Shown piece by piece: positions 15,410-24,038 of a DNA stretch of 29,607 nucleotides; position 1 is the first letter of the stretch, and each line of letters starts with the position of its first letter. The DNA comes from a virus, in IMG/VR virus record IMGVR_UViG_3300045988_163197. One strand, given 5' to 3'. The notes beneath the pieces were generated by a model. That model was given only the letters and a program-made list of their open reading frames with translations, was not told the origin of the DNA and made no database searches. Made by a program: the position numbers and the translations under genes.

Positions 15410-18024
15410 AATTAAAAATCTTTTCACTCGGTATCATAAAAGAATATACGCCGTTGGCTGGCGGGGTGATGAATTGGGTTGCCGACGACACTTTGGATAG
15501 CGCGACTTTCCGCATTGTTTCGGACACTTCTACACCGTTCGAGAACACGGCGGTTGCAACGATTGTTTTTGAAAAGGGCGACGGAACGGAGATTGAAAGC
15601 ATTAAAATGCTTGTCGGCGCGGACAATGTCGAGCCTTTTGCGAAAGGTGCGGGCAAGTATGTCCATAACCTTATGCTTGTCGAATTGACAAAAATCCTTG
15701 AAAAGTTTACAAATTTACATTATATATCTACAATGGACACGCAGTTGTCAACGCAAATCGACACCGCGTTTGAAAACCTTAACACCTTGATATATGGTAA
15801 ATATATCGACTTTCTTGTGTCTCCGACAACATTTCCGTATATGCTCCAACAAGACGACTTGTTGAAGTCGGAAAATAGCCCGTTTTACGGGTTGCCTGCG
15901 GAAGATTATATCAACGAAAACGCAACAGCAAGAGAGATATTAGACGGGCTTTTCAGCACGGTAAACGCACGGGCGGTCGTTACGGATATAACGAATAATT
16001 ATATAATTAAAGTCGGGGTTATGGATATGAACAAGACCACCGACAAGACGGAAGTTGCAAATAGACTTGGAACTTTTTGGCAAAATAATATAGACAATTT
16101 TTGCGGCAAGGTCGTGTCGAAAGTGAGCAACGCAACGCCGCAATCGTATGTATTTGTAATTGACAGTTTCAAGTCTTTATTGAACACGGCAACAACGAAT
16201 AATAAGGTTGTGGCAACGGCTTTTAATGTCGAATATTTTGCTGACTTTTCTTTGTTGCCAAACGAAGATAGGCAAATCAATGTCAAATACACAAAGGGCG
16301 ATGTTTCGTATAATAAATATGTTACAATACCCTATCCCACGCCGCTTCCGTTGATTGGAAGTAAAGACTTTTCGGGAGCATCGCAAGACTTGCTTGTCGA
16401 TAAGGAATTTTGGGACGCTTTGGATAGCGACGCGGCAAGTTATACGAACTATGTTAAAGACAACACGCTGTATTATGAGCGCGGTGCGGCATCGGTAGAT
16501 GTGTCGAGAACATATAAGGACTTGTTCTTTACGCAAAGCGTTTTCGAGATGACGGCGAAAAAAGCAATGTTCAGATACATTGACCTTAACAGAGTTGCGT
16601 TATTGGGCGATGCCGATTGTCAAATCACGGGAATGGAAACCTCGGAAAACTTTTGGGGCATTGGCGATTTTATCTATACCGCGAAATACGCGCCGTTGGT
16701 TGATGACGTTATAATCGAAGCGAACAAGACCAAAAAGCAAAACGATAGAAACGCGGTATTTTCTATCACGGACGGACAGTCGGACAACATTATCGACTTG
16801 TCGAGGTACGGGCGTAATTTAGTCGGTAAGGCGCAAAGAATAGGCAATGACGAACTTTCTATCGACACGAATGTTTACGGGCGCGAAGATGTGTTAGAGC
16901 CGTTAGATAAGGTCGGTGATTACATCGTTTATAAGACCGAAATGCAAATAATGAGCAAGGCACATTATAGCGATACGGAAGATAAGAATTGGTATAAAGT
17001 GCGCTATTCGATGACGAAAGGCTTTAACAATCTTGCGGAAAAAATCGGGCTGGCGCGAGAAAAAAGGATATACCAAATCCCGCTTACGGGTTATCGTTCA
17101 ACCTTGCCGATAAGGTCGAGCATTGCATACGGCTTGCAAGGGAACTTTACATTGTTGCAAGACGGCGAAAACAACGAGCAAAAAAAGACTTTGAGTGCAT
17201 TCTTGTTGCAACGGCTTGTGAACACCTTTCCGTCGGATATGTACAATGCGATACTAATGAATGTTGTGGTTATGAATTATCACTATGTTCTGCCCGTGGT
17301 AGGCTTTGGCGCGGGAAACACAATGAACTTTATCGGGCGGTTTTATGACAATTACAGCGCGGGTTTATCGTTCGTGGCACAGCGCAACATATTCAAGTGG
17401 ATAGGCGGAAACAAAGCGTGCCAAAACCCGTATGTCAACAATGCGGGCGTTGCATTTGGTTTCTTTGATATATCAATCGGGAATATCCCCGCGCTTGATA
17501 GCGATAACATCAAAAAGCGTCCTGCGGTCGGTGCAAACGAAACCTTTTGGGGCTTTGGGAAAAGCGATATAAGTTACACAAAAGACCGCGCCGAGAGCAT
17601 AACATTGCAGAAAATCTATTCGTTGGTTGAAGACAATAAATTTACGGGGTACAAAAAAATGCGTATCGGAGAAGCGTTGATTAGAGATAACTACGCTTTT
17701 GAAGTTGAGAATAGACCGAAACTGAAATTGTACAAAGATTGTCCCGCAAAATATCTTGACGGCAACGCGCAGACTTTCAAGACTTCCGAGGGAACTTTGG
17801 TAGGTGAGACACAAGATTATCTTGAAGTAAAATATTGGAGTTATCAAGATATAAATGGCGGTTATTTAGTTGTAAAAAACGACAACACGGAGTATAATAA
17901 TTGTATAATCGCAGACGACAACGGAAACATTTATCTTGTTGCCGAAAAGTTAAGCAAAAAGGACGGGGAGATTGTCCCGACCACGAAACATTATGCGTGC
18001 GTAGCACTGTATGACGAACAATAA
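15406..18024 (+). CDS. large tail/baseplate hub protein, 872 aa
   Basis: Position between the tail genes and the fibre gene. No enzymatic motif recognised. Confidence 0.55.
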   Translation: MKLKIFSLGIIKEYTPLAGGVMNWVADDTLDSATFRIVSDTSTPFENTAVATIVFEKGDGTEIESIKMLVGADNVEPFAKGAGKYVHNLMLVELTKILEKFTNLHYISTMDTQLSTQIDTAFENLNTLIYGKYIDFLVSPTTFPYMLQQDDLLKSENSPFYGLPAEDYINENATAREILDGLFSTVNARAVVTDITNNYIIKVGVMDMNKTTDKTEVANRLGTFWQNNIDNFCGKVVSKVSNATPQSYVFVIDSFKSLLNTATTNNKVVATAFNVEYFADFSLLPNEDRQINVKYTKGDVSYNKYVTIPYPTPLPLIGSKDFSGASQDLLVDKEFWDALDSDAASYTNYVKDNTLYYERGAASVDVSRTYKDLFFTQSVFEMTAKKAMFRYIDLNRVALLGDADCQITGMETSENFWGIGDFIYTAKYAPLVDDVIIEANKTKKQNDRNAVFSITDGQSDNIIDLSRYGRNLVGKAQRIGNDELSIDTNVYGREDVLEPLDKVGDYIVYKTEMQIMSKAHYSDTEDKNWYKVRYSMTKGFNNLAEKIGLAREKRIYQIPLTGYRSTLPIRSSIAYGLQGNFTLLQDGENNEQKKTLSAFLLQRLVNTFPSDMYNAILMNVVVMNYHYVLPVVGFGAGNTMNFIGRFYDNYSAGLSFVAQRNIFKWIGGNKACQNPYVNNAGVAFGFFDISIGNIPALDSDNIKKRPAVGANETFWGFGKSDISYTKDRAESITLQKIYSLVEDNKFTGYKKMRIGEALIRDNYAFEVENRPKLKLYKDCPAKYLDGNAQTFKTSEGTLVGETQDYLEVKYWSYQDINGGYLVVKNDNTEYNNCIIADDNGNIYLVAEKLSKKDGEIVPTTKHYACVALYDEQ

Positions 18025-18044
18025 AACAAGGAGCAAAAAAGCGT

Positions 18045-21000
18045 ATGAAAGTTTACTTGAACAAAGAATACAAATGCGTTAAAGTGGAAGATAATACTTT
18101 TGTTGCGAACGACAGTAGCAATTACATAAGATATTATTTTGTAACGAACGCAAACGGCGATGTTATCGACAAAATGGACGATACGAGCGTTATCTATCGC
18201 AACACCGAGCCGAGTTATGTAACGGTGGCGTTTAGGCGTGCGGACGGCGACGTCATCCAACACCTTATGGCAAGTCCGAAAACCGATGCGACGGGAAAAA
18301 GTTTCTTTGAGTACGAAATCACGAACACAGACGGTGTTTTGTACAAAAAAGGCGCGTTGGAAATTTCCGCACAATTTATCGAAGCGACCTTATCGGAAAC
18401 GGGCGGCGTGAAAAAGGTTATCAGTCAAAAGGTCAAAGCGATTGCGATAAACACTGCTCACGTTTTGGATAATATCGGCGAAGAAGCGGAAGAGTATTAT
18501 TCGCAATACGAACAAGCGAACAACGACGCACACGCCGTTTTGCAAACGCAAATAACGACGAACTTTAATAACATCGGCACTTTGCAAGACCTTACGACCG
18601 ATGCCAAAGACGACCTTGTTAAGGCGATAAACGAAGTCGATGCACACGCTGATGCGAACAAGTCTGAAATAGGCGACCTTTCCACTCTTACCACTGACGA
18701 AAAGACCACTATCGTGGGCGCAATCAACGAAGTGGATGCACACGCCGATGCGAATAAAGCCGAAATAGGCAATCTTTCTGCGCTTACCACGGACGAAAAG
18801 GCTACGCTTGTGGGTGCAATCAATGAAGTGGATAATCACGCGGACAACGCCACAACTTTGGCAAACAATGCTGTCGCAACGGCTAACGGTGCAGTCGCCA
18901 CGGCAAACGAAGCGAAGACCACCGCGCAGACCGCCGAAACGAACGCTAATAGTGCGGTAGATACTGCAAACGCCGCAAACGCGACCGCAGACGAAGCAAA
19001 GGCTATCGCGCAAGGAAGTCAACGGGCAATAGGTTTTGCGACTTTACAAGCGGCAATAACGGCGTTAAACGGGTATAGCAACACGCAACTTAAAGTGGGC
19101 GATAATGTCTATATTGTGGAAACGGGAGTGCCTGATTTATGGGTTGCGGCGGTTGAGCCGAACAGTGTGGCTTATAACTACACGACGAACGACGCGTTCA
19201 ACGATGACCTTGTGGAAAATACCCTTGTGCAAGTCGGGTATTACAAGTTTGCGTATCTCGAAAGCGACGGAAAACCTTGCACGGTTGCGTGGCAGAATAT
19301 GACTGTTGCTGAAAGCGATTGGGTTGCGAGTACGGAGTTTGCGGACTTCCCGTATGAAGCGAAGATTATTCTTACGGATTTTGTAAACTTTTCATCTATT
19401 CCGCAAGTGGTGTTCGGACTGACCGAAGCGACGAGCGGGAACTATGCGCCTATTTGTAAAGCGGGCGACAAAGGGGTTTACATTTACAGCAAAGTCAATA
19501 CTGCTATCACGCTCCCGACAGTCGTTACTTTTGCGCCGAATGTACACGGGGCGAGTATGCAAGGCGGCGGCTACACGAACAAAGGTAAATGGGTTGCAAG
19601 CACGACCTATGCAATCGACGACCTTGTTTACACCGACAACGGACAGTTTGTGTGTATCGAAGGTATCACTTCGACGACTTCTCCCGAACAAGACACTACG
19701 CATTGGCAAGCGACTTTTGTTGCGACAGGAAAGACGAAAAACGGGCTTACAATCAGCGGACAAGACAACGGAACGGGAGTGCAAAAGACTTTTGACGGCT
19801 CGCAAGCGGTTGAAGTGGCGTTCGATGAAACCACGATGACGGCGAAAGAAGTCAACGGTGTTTTGAAAGTTGGTGCGAAAGGTACTATCCCCGAAGCGTT
19901 ACCGCAAGAAGCGAGTGCGTTGAAGAGCGGGGAGTTGCCGACAAGCGGGTGGGATACGAATACACCGTTTTTTGAGGGCGAATTAAATTTGCCTTATGGT
20001 GATAACTCGGAAATTAAAATTTGTGACGGGGATTATCGAGCCGTAAAAGTTGACTTAACCGTTACCGCAAAAGCGACAACGAATTATGAGGCAGGAGAAA
20101 ATATATCAACAGTTACTAAAACAAAAAACAGCGGTAGTGCGTCAGTACTTGTTACGTTTTCTTTCTCGTCGTCTCGCTCAAACGACGCACAGTTTATGTT
20201 TAAGGAAGATGGAATATATGTAAAACTATTTAATTCGCCATATACATCTTACGGGTGTAGGCTTACGCTTCTAAAAGCACAGGCTCCACAAGTCGGGGGA
20301 ACACCTTGCTACACTATCTCCGACACTTCCATAACCGCCAACAGCGATATTCTTATGGAACTCACCGACGAGGGCGGAGTAAAGTCCTATTCAATGGAAG
20401 CGGGCAAGATAACCGTTATCCGCGACACCGCACCGACACAGCCTATCCCGTACACCTACAAGGTAAAACAGACCAACGCAAGCGGGCAGTTTACGCTGGT
20501 AAACCATTATGTACCGAGCATACCTGAAAGCCCGACGAGTTTGCCCGTTACTTATAAGAAAGTGAGCGGAGAGTTACCGACGAGTGGGTGGGAAAATGAA
20601 GTTAGGAGTGCCGACTTATGGAACGGTAGTGTAAACGTCGGTGGTTATGGCGGTTCCCCAGCTTATAATGTTCCTGCATCTGCGGAACAAGACCTAAAAA
20701 ACATTGTTTACCACAAAACAGGACGATTATATCTTTACACTGATGACGGAAAGGAATTTGTTTGCACATACTCGGAGTCTGCTTCTACATCATCGGAATA
20801 TACGTACACTGGCATCACGGATGGGATAAAAATGGGAATATCAACCAACGTTGATGCCTCACCTCTTACGATTTCCGCGAGAAACTTAGATAGTGCTAAC
20901 CATACGGTTGTCGCTATGTCCACATACAAACTTGTATCGGGTAATAAAACCTTTACTATCTCCGACACCGATATAACCGCAAACACTTCTGTCAAAATGT

Positions 21001-22040
21001 ACTTAACGGACGAGGGCGGTGTAAAGGCTTATAGCAAAGCAGTGGGCAGTATTCAGGTTATCCGCGATAGCGTGCCGACAACTGCTATTCCTTACGAATA
21101 CGAAGTTGAACAAACGAGTGCAGAAGGGCTTTTTGAGGTCATAAATGCTTATGTACCTACCAAAACAAGTCAACTCACGAACGATAGCGGGTTTGCGAAA
21201 ACGACAGAGGCAAATACTTGGACGGGCGTGCAGACTTTCAGCAATGCCGACGGCATAAAGACCGACCGAGTACATAACCTTGACAATAATGACGCGTGGT
21301 ACAATTTCGACGGGTCGAATAATAGGTTTGGCAGCCCTTCAAGACCAACGATTATTAGGACGAGTGAAGCAAGACCGAGAGCGCAAGTTCCGAGCGGCGA
21401 AACAACGGTAACGAAAGCGATTGCGTTGTTGGAAGATATACCGAGTGCAAGTCAACTCATGAACGATAGCGGGTTTGCGAAAACGACAGAGGCAAATACT
21501 TGGACGGGCGTGCAGACTTTCAGCAATGCCGACGGCATAAAGACCGACCGAGTACATAACCTTGACAATAATGACGCGTGGTACAATTTCGACGGGTCGA
21601 ATAATAGGTTTGGCAGCCCTTCAAGACCAACGATTATTAGGACGAGTGAAGCAAGACCGAGAGCGCAAGTTCCGAGCGGCAAAACAACGGTAACGAAAGC
21701 GATTGCGTTGTTGGAAGATATACCGAGTGCTGGCGAATGGGTAACCGTAACGGGTGAAACAGCGACCTTAACGGAAGCGGGGACTTATCAAGTATTGTTC
21801 GGCGCAAGTTATAGGGTGCAATCAATCATATATTGGGACGGCACAAATGGCGCAGACGGCATATATTCGACCGTGGCAACGGCGGTATCAAATAACAGAA
21901 TATCTATTACTTCTCGATACCCGAGTGTTACCGCTGGCGGCGTGTTGTCGATATATTTCGCTACTGTAACAGCAGACAACGGAGTATGGACAGAAGAAAC
22001 GACAGCGCAATCAGGCTTCAAATACCGTAAAATAAACTAA
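18045..22040 (+). CDS. tail fibre / receptor-binding protein, 1331 aa
   Basis: LTTDxKxxLVGAINEVD repeats, an Ala/Thr/Asn-rich coiled segment, an NTWTGVQTF-type fibre motif, a CBM5/12-like segment, and internal duplications. Confidence 0.85.
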   Translation: MKVYLNKEYKCVKVEDNTFVANDSSNYIRYYFVTNANGDVIDKMDDTSVIYRNTEPSYVTVAFRRADGDVIQHLMASPKTDATGKSFFEYEITNTDGVLYKKGALEISAQFIEATLSETGGVKKVISQKVKAIAINTAHVLDNIGEEAEEYYSQYEQANNDAHAVLQTQITTNFNNIGTLQDLTTDAKDDLVKAINEVDAHADANKSEIGDLSTLTTDEKTTIVGAINEVDAHADANKAEIGNLSALTTDEKATLVGAINEVDNHADNATTLANNAVATANGAVATANEAKTTAQTAETNANSAVDTANAANATADEAKAIAQGSQRAIGFATLQAAITALNGYSNTQLKVGDNVYIVETGVPDLWVAAVEPNSVAYNYTTNDAFNDDLVENTLVQVGYYKFAYLESDGKPCTVAWQNMTVAESDWVASTEFADFPYEAKIILTDFVNFSSIPQVVFGLTEATSGNYAPICKAGDKGVYIYSKVNTAITLPTVVTFAPNVHGASMQGGGYTNKGKWVASTTYAIDDLVYTDNGQFVCIEGITSTTSPEQDTTHWQATFVATGKTKNGLTISGQDNGTGVQKTFDGSQAVEVAFDETTMTAKEVNGVLKVGAKGTIPEALPQEASALKSGELPTSGWDTNTPFFEGELNLPYGDNSEIKICDGDYRAVKVDLTVTAKATTNYEAGENISTVTKTKNSGSASVLVTFSFSSSRSNDAQFMFKEDGIYVKLFNSPYTSYGCRLTLLKAQAPQVGGTPCYTISDTSITANSDILMELTDEGGVKSYSMEAGKITVIRDTAPTQPIPYTYKVKQTNASGQFTLVNHYVPSIPESPTSLPVTYKKVSGELPTSGWENEVRSADLWNGSVNVGGYGGSPAYNVPASAEQDLKNIVYHKTGRLYLYTDDGKEFVCTYSESASTSSEYTYTGITDGIKMGISTNVDASPLTISARNLDSANHTVVAMSTYKLVSGNKTFTISDTDITANTSVKMYLTDEGGVKAYSKAVGSIQVIRDSVPTTAIPYEYEVEQTSAEGLFEVINAYVPTKTSQLTNDSGFAKTTEANTWTGVQTFSNADGIKTDRVHNLDNNDAWYNFDGSNNRFGSPSRPTIIRTSEARPRAQVPSGETTVTKAIALLEDIPSASQLMNDSGFAKTTEANTWTGVQTFSNADGIKTDRVHNLDNNDAWYNFDGSNNRFGSPSRPTIIRTSEARPRAQVPSGKTTVTKAIALLEDIPSAGEWVTVTGETATLTEAGTYQVLFGASYRVQSIIYWDGTNGADGIYSTVATAVSNNRISITSRYPSVTAGGVLSIYFATVTADNGVWTEETTAQSGFKYRKIN
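18579..18866 (+). repeat. three tandem 96-bp (32-aa) coding repeats
   Basis: Units start at 18579, 18675 and 18771: (D/N)LS(T/A)LTTDEK(T/A)T(I/L)VGAINEVD(A/N)HAD. Confidence 0.85.
21171..21730 (+). repeat. near-perfect 282-bp tandem duplication inside the fibre gene
   Basis: Copy 1 is 21171-21452 and copy 2 is 21453-21730. I saw only two differences: C/T at 21178 vs 21460 (Thr/Met), and one G/A substitution in GGCGAAACA vs GGCAAAACA (Glu/Lys). Confidence 0.9.
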
Positions 22041-22053
22041 AAGGAGATAAACT

Positions 22054-23295
22054 ATGTACGGAATAAGTAACAGTCAACAACAAGGTGGGGGCGGCGGTAG
22101 TGCCGCTTCCTACAAGGCTATAAAATCAACGCTTACACCGAGCGATTGGCAGGAAGTAGCAGGTGCAACGCCGTATTTTATAGGCGAAAACGCTATGCAA
22201 TGGACGGTGAACGGCGATGGCGACTACGAAAAATCTCAAACAACAAAACTCGGACTTGTAGCAGGCAATAGTTATACGATAACTGCTGTTTGCGATGGAC
22301 AAACTTACACGCAAACGGCGGTCGCAGCAGGTGACGAAGCAAACGGAATAGCAATAAGTTATGACCTTCATCCCCAAGTTTCTATGTTTGTTGATATTTA
22401 TGATGATAATACGGGTTCAAAATGTGTTATATATGTTGAGGCAACAAGTTTCGTCATTACAAAATTCGAGGGCGAAGGTTTCGGTTCAGGTTGCAGAGCA
22501 ACCATATCCGACAGTGCAATCAAAGTCAATTCAGCAGTCACATTATATACAAACACAAGTGAGAAAATCGCCGTCGGAGAAAAAACGAATGGCAATGTAA
22601 CATTGATAGCCGATAGTATTCCTGTAACTTCTATACCTTACAGCCTTGAAATTGTCGGCACAGACACGGAAGGACTTTTTGAACTTATAAACGGATATAT
22701 CCCGCCGACGATAGAAGTGCCGACAGCACTGCCTCAAAAAACAAGTGCGATTAAAACTGGGACTTTGCCAAAAGGAGGGTCGCGTGTTGAGATAACTGAC
22801 AGCGAAATTACTGCGACAAGCGATATTGTAGTCGATGTCTCGTATAAGAAAAAGGTTACTGGCGGACTTGCTCCTGGGATGTTAGCACTTGTTTTAAGCA
22901 ACGGCGAAGTAGCAGATGAAGACATTTCGTTCGAGTATAAAATTAAACAAACAGACGGAGAAGGTCAATTCACGGTAGTGAACAGTTACATCCCTCAACA
23001 AATACTACCATTAGAAAAGAACGTAACAAACGAAAGCACCTCATTGGGACAAAAAGTTGTAACAATTACTGGTACCGCGAAACCGTATTTGTTTACCGTA
23101 AAAGACAGTGATGTATCTGCATCAGTTTTTGTTCGTCTTTATCCTGCCGACGAAAACACTGAAACCTGGCTTAATGAACATACTTTATCAAGTATAATTA
23201 CAGAAGAAAGTCATCAATTCACTTTTAAGGTAGATACAAATACATTGCCGACCACTTTTAGTATAAAATATATTATCGAAACCCTTACAAAGTAA
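22054..23295 (+). CDS. second tail fibre / receptor-binding protein, 413 aa
   Basis: Shares the linker motif and the ~70-aa module with the 1331-aa fibre. AAAGGAG RBS. Confidence 0.75.
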   Translation: MYGISNSQQQGGGGGSAASYKAIKSTLTPSDWQEVAGATPYFIGENAMQWTVNGDGDYEKSQTTKLGLVAGNSYTITAVCDGQTYTQTAVAAGDEANGIAISYDLHPQVSMFVDIYDDNTGSKCVIYVEATSFVITKFEGEGFGSGCRATISDSAIKVNSAVTLYTNTSEKIAVGEKTNGNVTLIADSIPVTSIPYSLEIVGTDTEGLFELINGYIPPTIEVPTALPQKTSAIKTGTLPKGGSRVEITDSEITATSDIVVDVSYKKKVTGGLAPGMLALVLSNGEVADEDISFEYKIKQTDGEGQFTVVNSYIPQQILPLEKNVTNESTSLGQKVVTITGTAKPYLFTVKDSDVSASVFVRLYPADENTETWLNEHTLSSIITEESHQFTFKVDTNTLPTTFSIKYIIETLTK

Positions 23296-23310
23296 GAATA
23301 GGAGACTGTT

Positions 23311-23463
23311 ATGGGATATGTGGAACTTAAAACAGGGCAAGTGGCGTTAAGACCAGCGGGAGATTTAAGTAGCCGATATACGATTGTATGGGAAGGTGCA
23401 GAACAAACAGGTACCGACTGGCAGTATAAGGCATTACCAGACGGAGGGTATTATTGTAGTTGA
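23311..23463 (+). CDS. 50-aa ORF ending at TGA 23461. The same frame stays open to 23799.
   Basis: AGGAG 6 nt before ATG 23311. My own translation: MGYVELKTGQVALRPAGDLSSRYTIVWEGAEQTGTDWQYKALPDGGYYCS*. Confidence 0.6.
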   Translation: MGYVELKTGQVALRPAGDLSSRYTIVWEGAEQTGTDWQYKALPDGGYYCS

Positions 23464-23484
23464 CTATGGTATATAACTCCCTCA

Positions 23485-23799
23485 GTGCCGTTTAACACTG
23501 CTGATACACTTGTTCTTAATACTGATAAGATAACTAATGATACGCCTTTGTATACTGTCGTACAACAGAGTGATTATCTTGACTTAGGAGACGATGCGTT
23601 AAGTAGAATTTTTGCAAACGTTACAAAAGTATGGAGACATACAACAACATCTGGTTCTGGGGAAACGCCTAACGTAACAACGTGGGAAGTGTGGCTGTTT
23701 AATAATGGGAAATTTGGACTTTTTGGATACCAGAAAGAAGCTGGATATGTCTACGGTTATCCAGTATGGATAGAAAAATTATGGAAAAACAAGGAGTAA
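23485..23799 (+). CDS. 104-aa ORF-track ORF, probably the continuation of 23311-23463 rather than an independent gene
   Basis: Begins at a GTG with no RBS and contains no ATG codon. It is in the same frame as the upstream ORF, and the codons between them (LWYITPS) are open. Confidence 0.4.
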   Translation: MPFNTADTLVLNTDKITNDTPLYTVVQQSDYLDLGDDALSRIFANVTKVWRHTTTSGSGETPNVTTWEVWLFNNGKFGLFGYQKEAGYVYGYPVWIEKLWKNKE

Positions 23800-23802
23800 A
23801 TT

Positions 23803-24036
23803 ATGGAAGAAAAAATCTTACTTATCGGCAAACTAATACAAGAGGGTATCGAGGGCGAAGCGGAAGCGTTAAAAGACTACAACCGAGAACTCGCGGAAAT
23901 CTATGCCCTTGACGCGGAAACGGGCGACAAATGTGCTCCTGTCATTGCGGAAATCATATCCGACGAACTCAATCATATCGCTAAACTTACGGCATTGTAC
24001 ACCGAACTTACGGGCATTGCCGAGAACAAGGAGTAA
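23803..24036 (+). CDS. 77-aa helical protein with a ferritin-like E...Y...ExxH pattern
   Basis: AAGGAG RBS. GEAEALKDY ... ISDELNHIAKL. The gene call is solid; the function is tentative. Confidence 0.7.
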   Translation: MEEKILLIGKLIQEGIEGEAEALKDYNRELAEIYALDAETGDKCAPVIAEIISDELNHIAKLTALYTELTGIAENKE

Positions 24037-24038
24037 TT

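Noticed and set aside
21171-21730. The 282-bp duplicated pair in the fibre gene as a diversity-generating retroelement template/variable repeat pair
   Set aside because: No reverse transcriptase ORF exists anywhere in the genome. The copies are directly tandem and in frame. The two differences (C/T and G/A) do not follow the adenine-specific pattern of DGR mutagenesis.
23461-23463. Genome-wide TGA reassignment (code 4 or 25) to explain the in-frame TGA
   Set aside because: TGA is clearly used as a stop in many well-supported genes, often in ATGA start/stop overlaps. Examples are the gene ends at 206, 3137, 4447, 6454, 7053, 7262, 7522, 10662, 13751, 15409 and 25620. Global recoding is therefore not supported, and only a local read-through or a mutation remains plausible.
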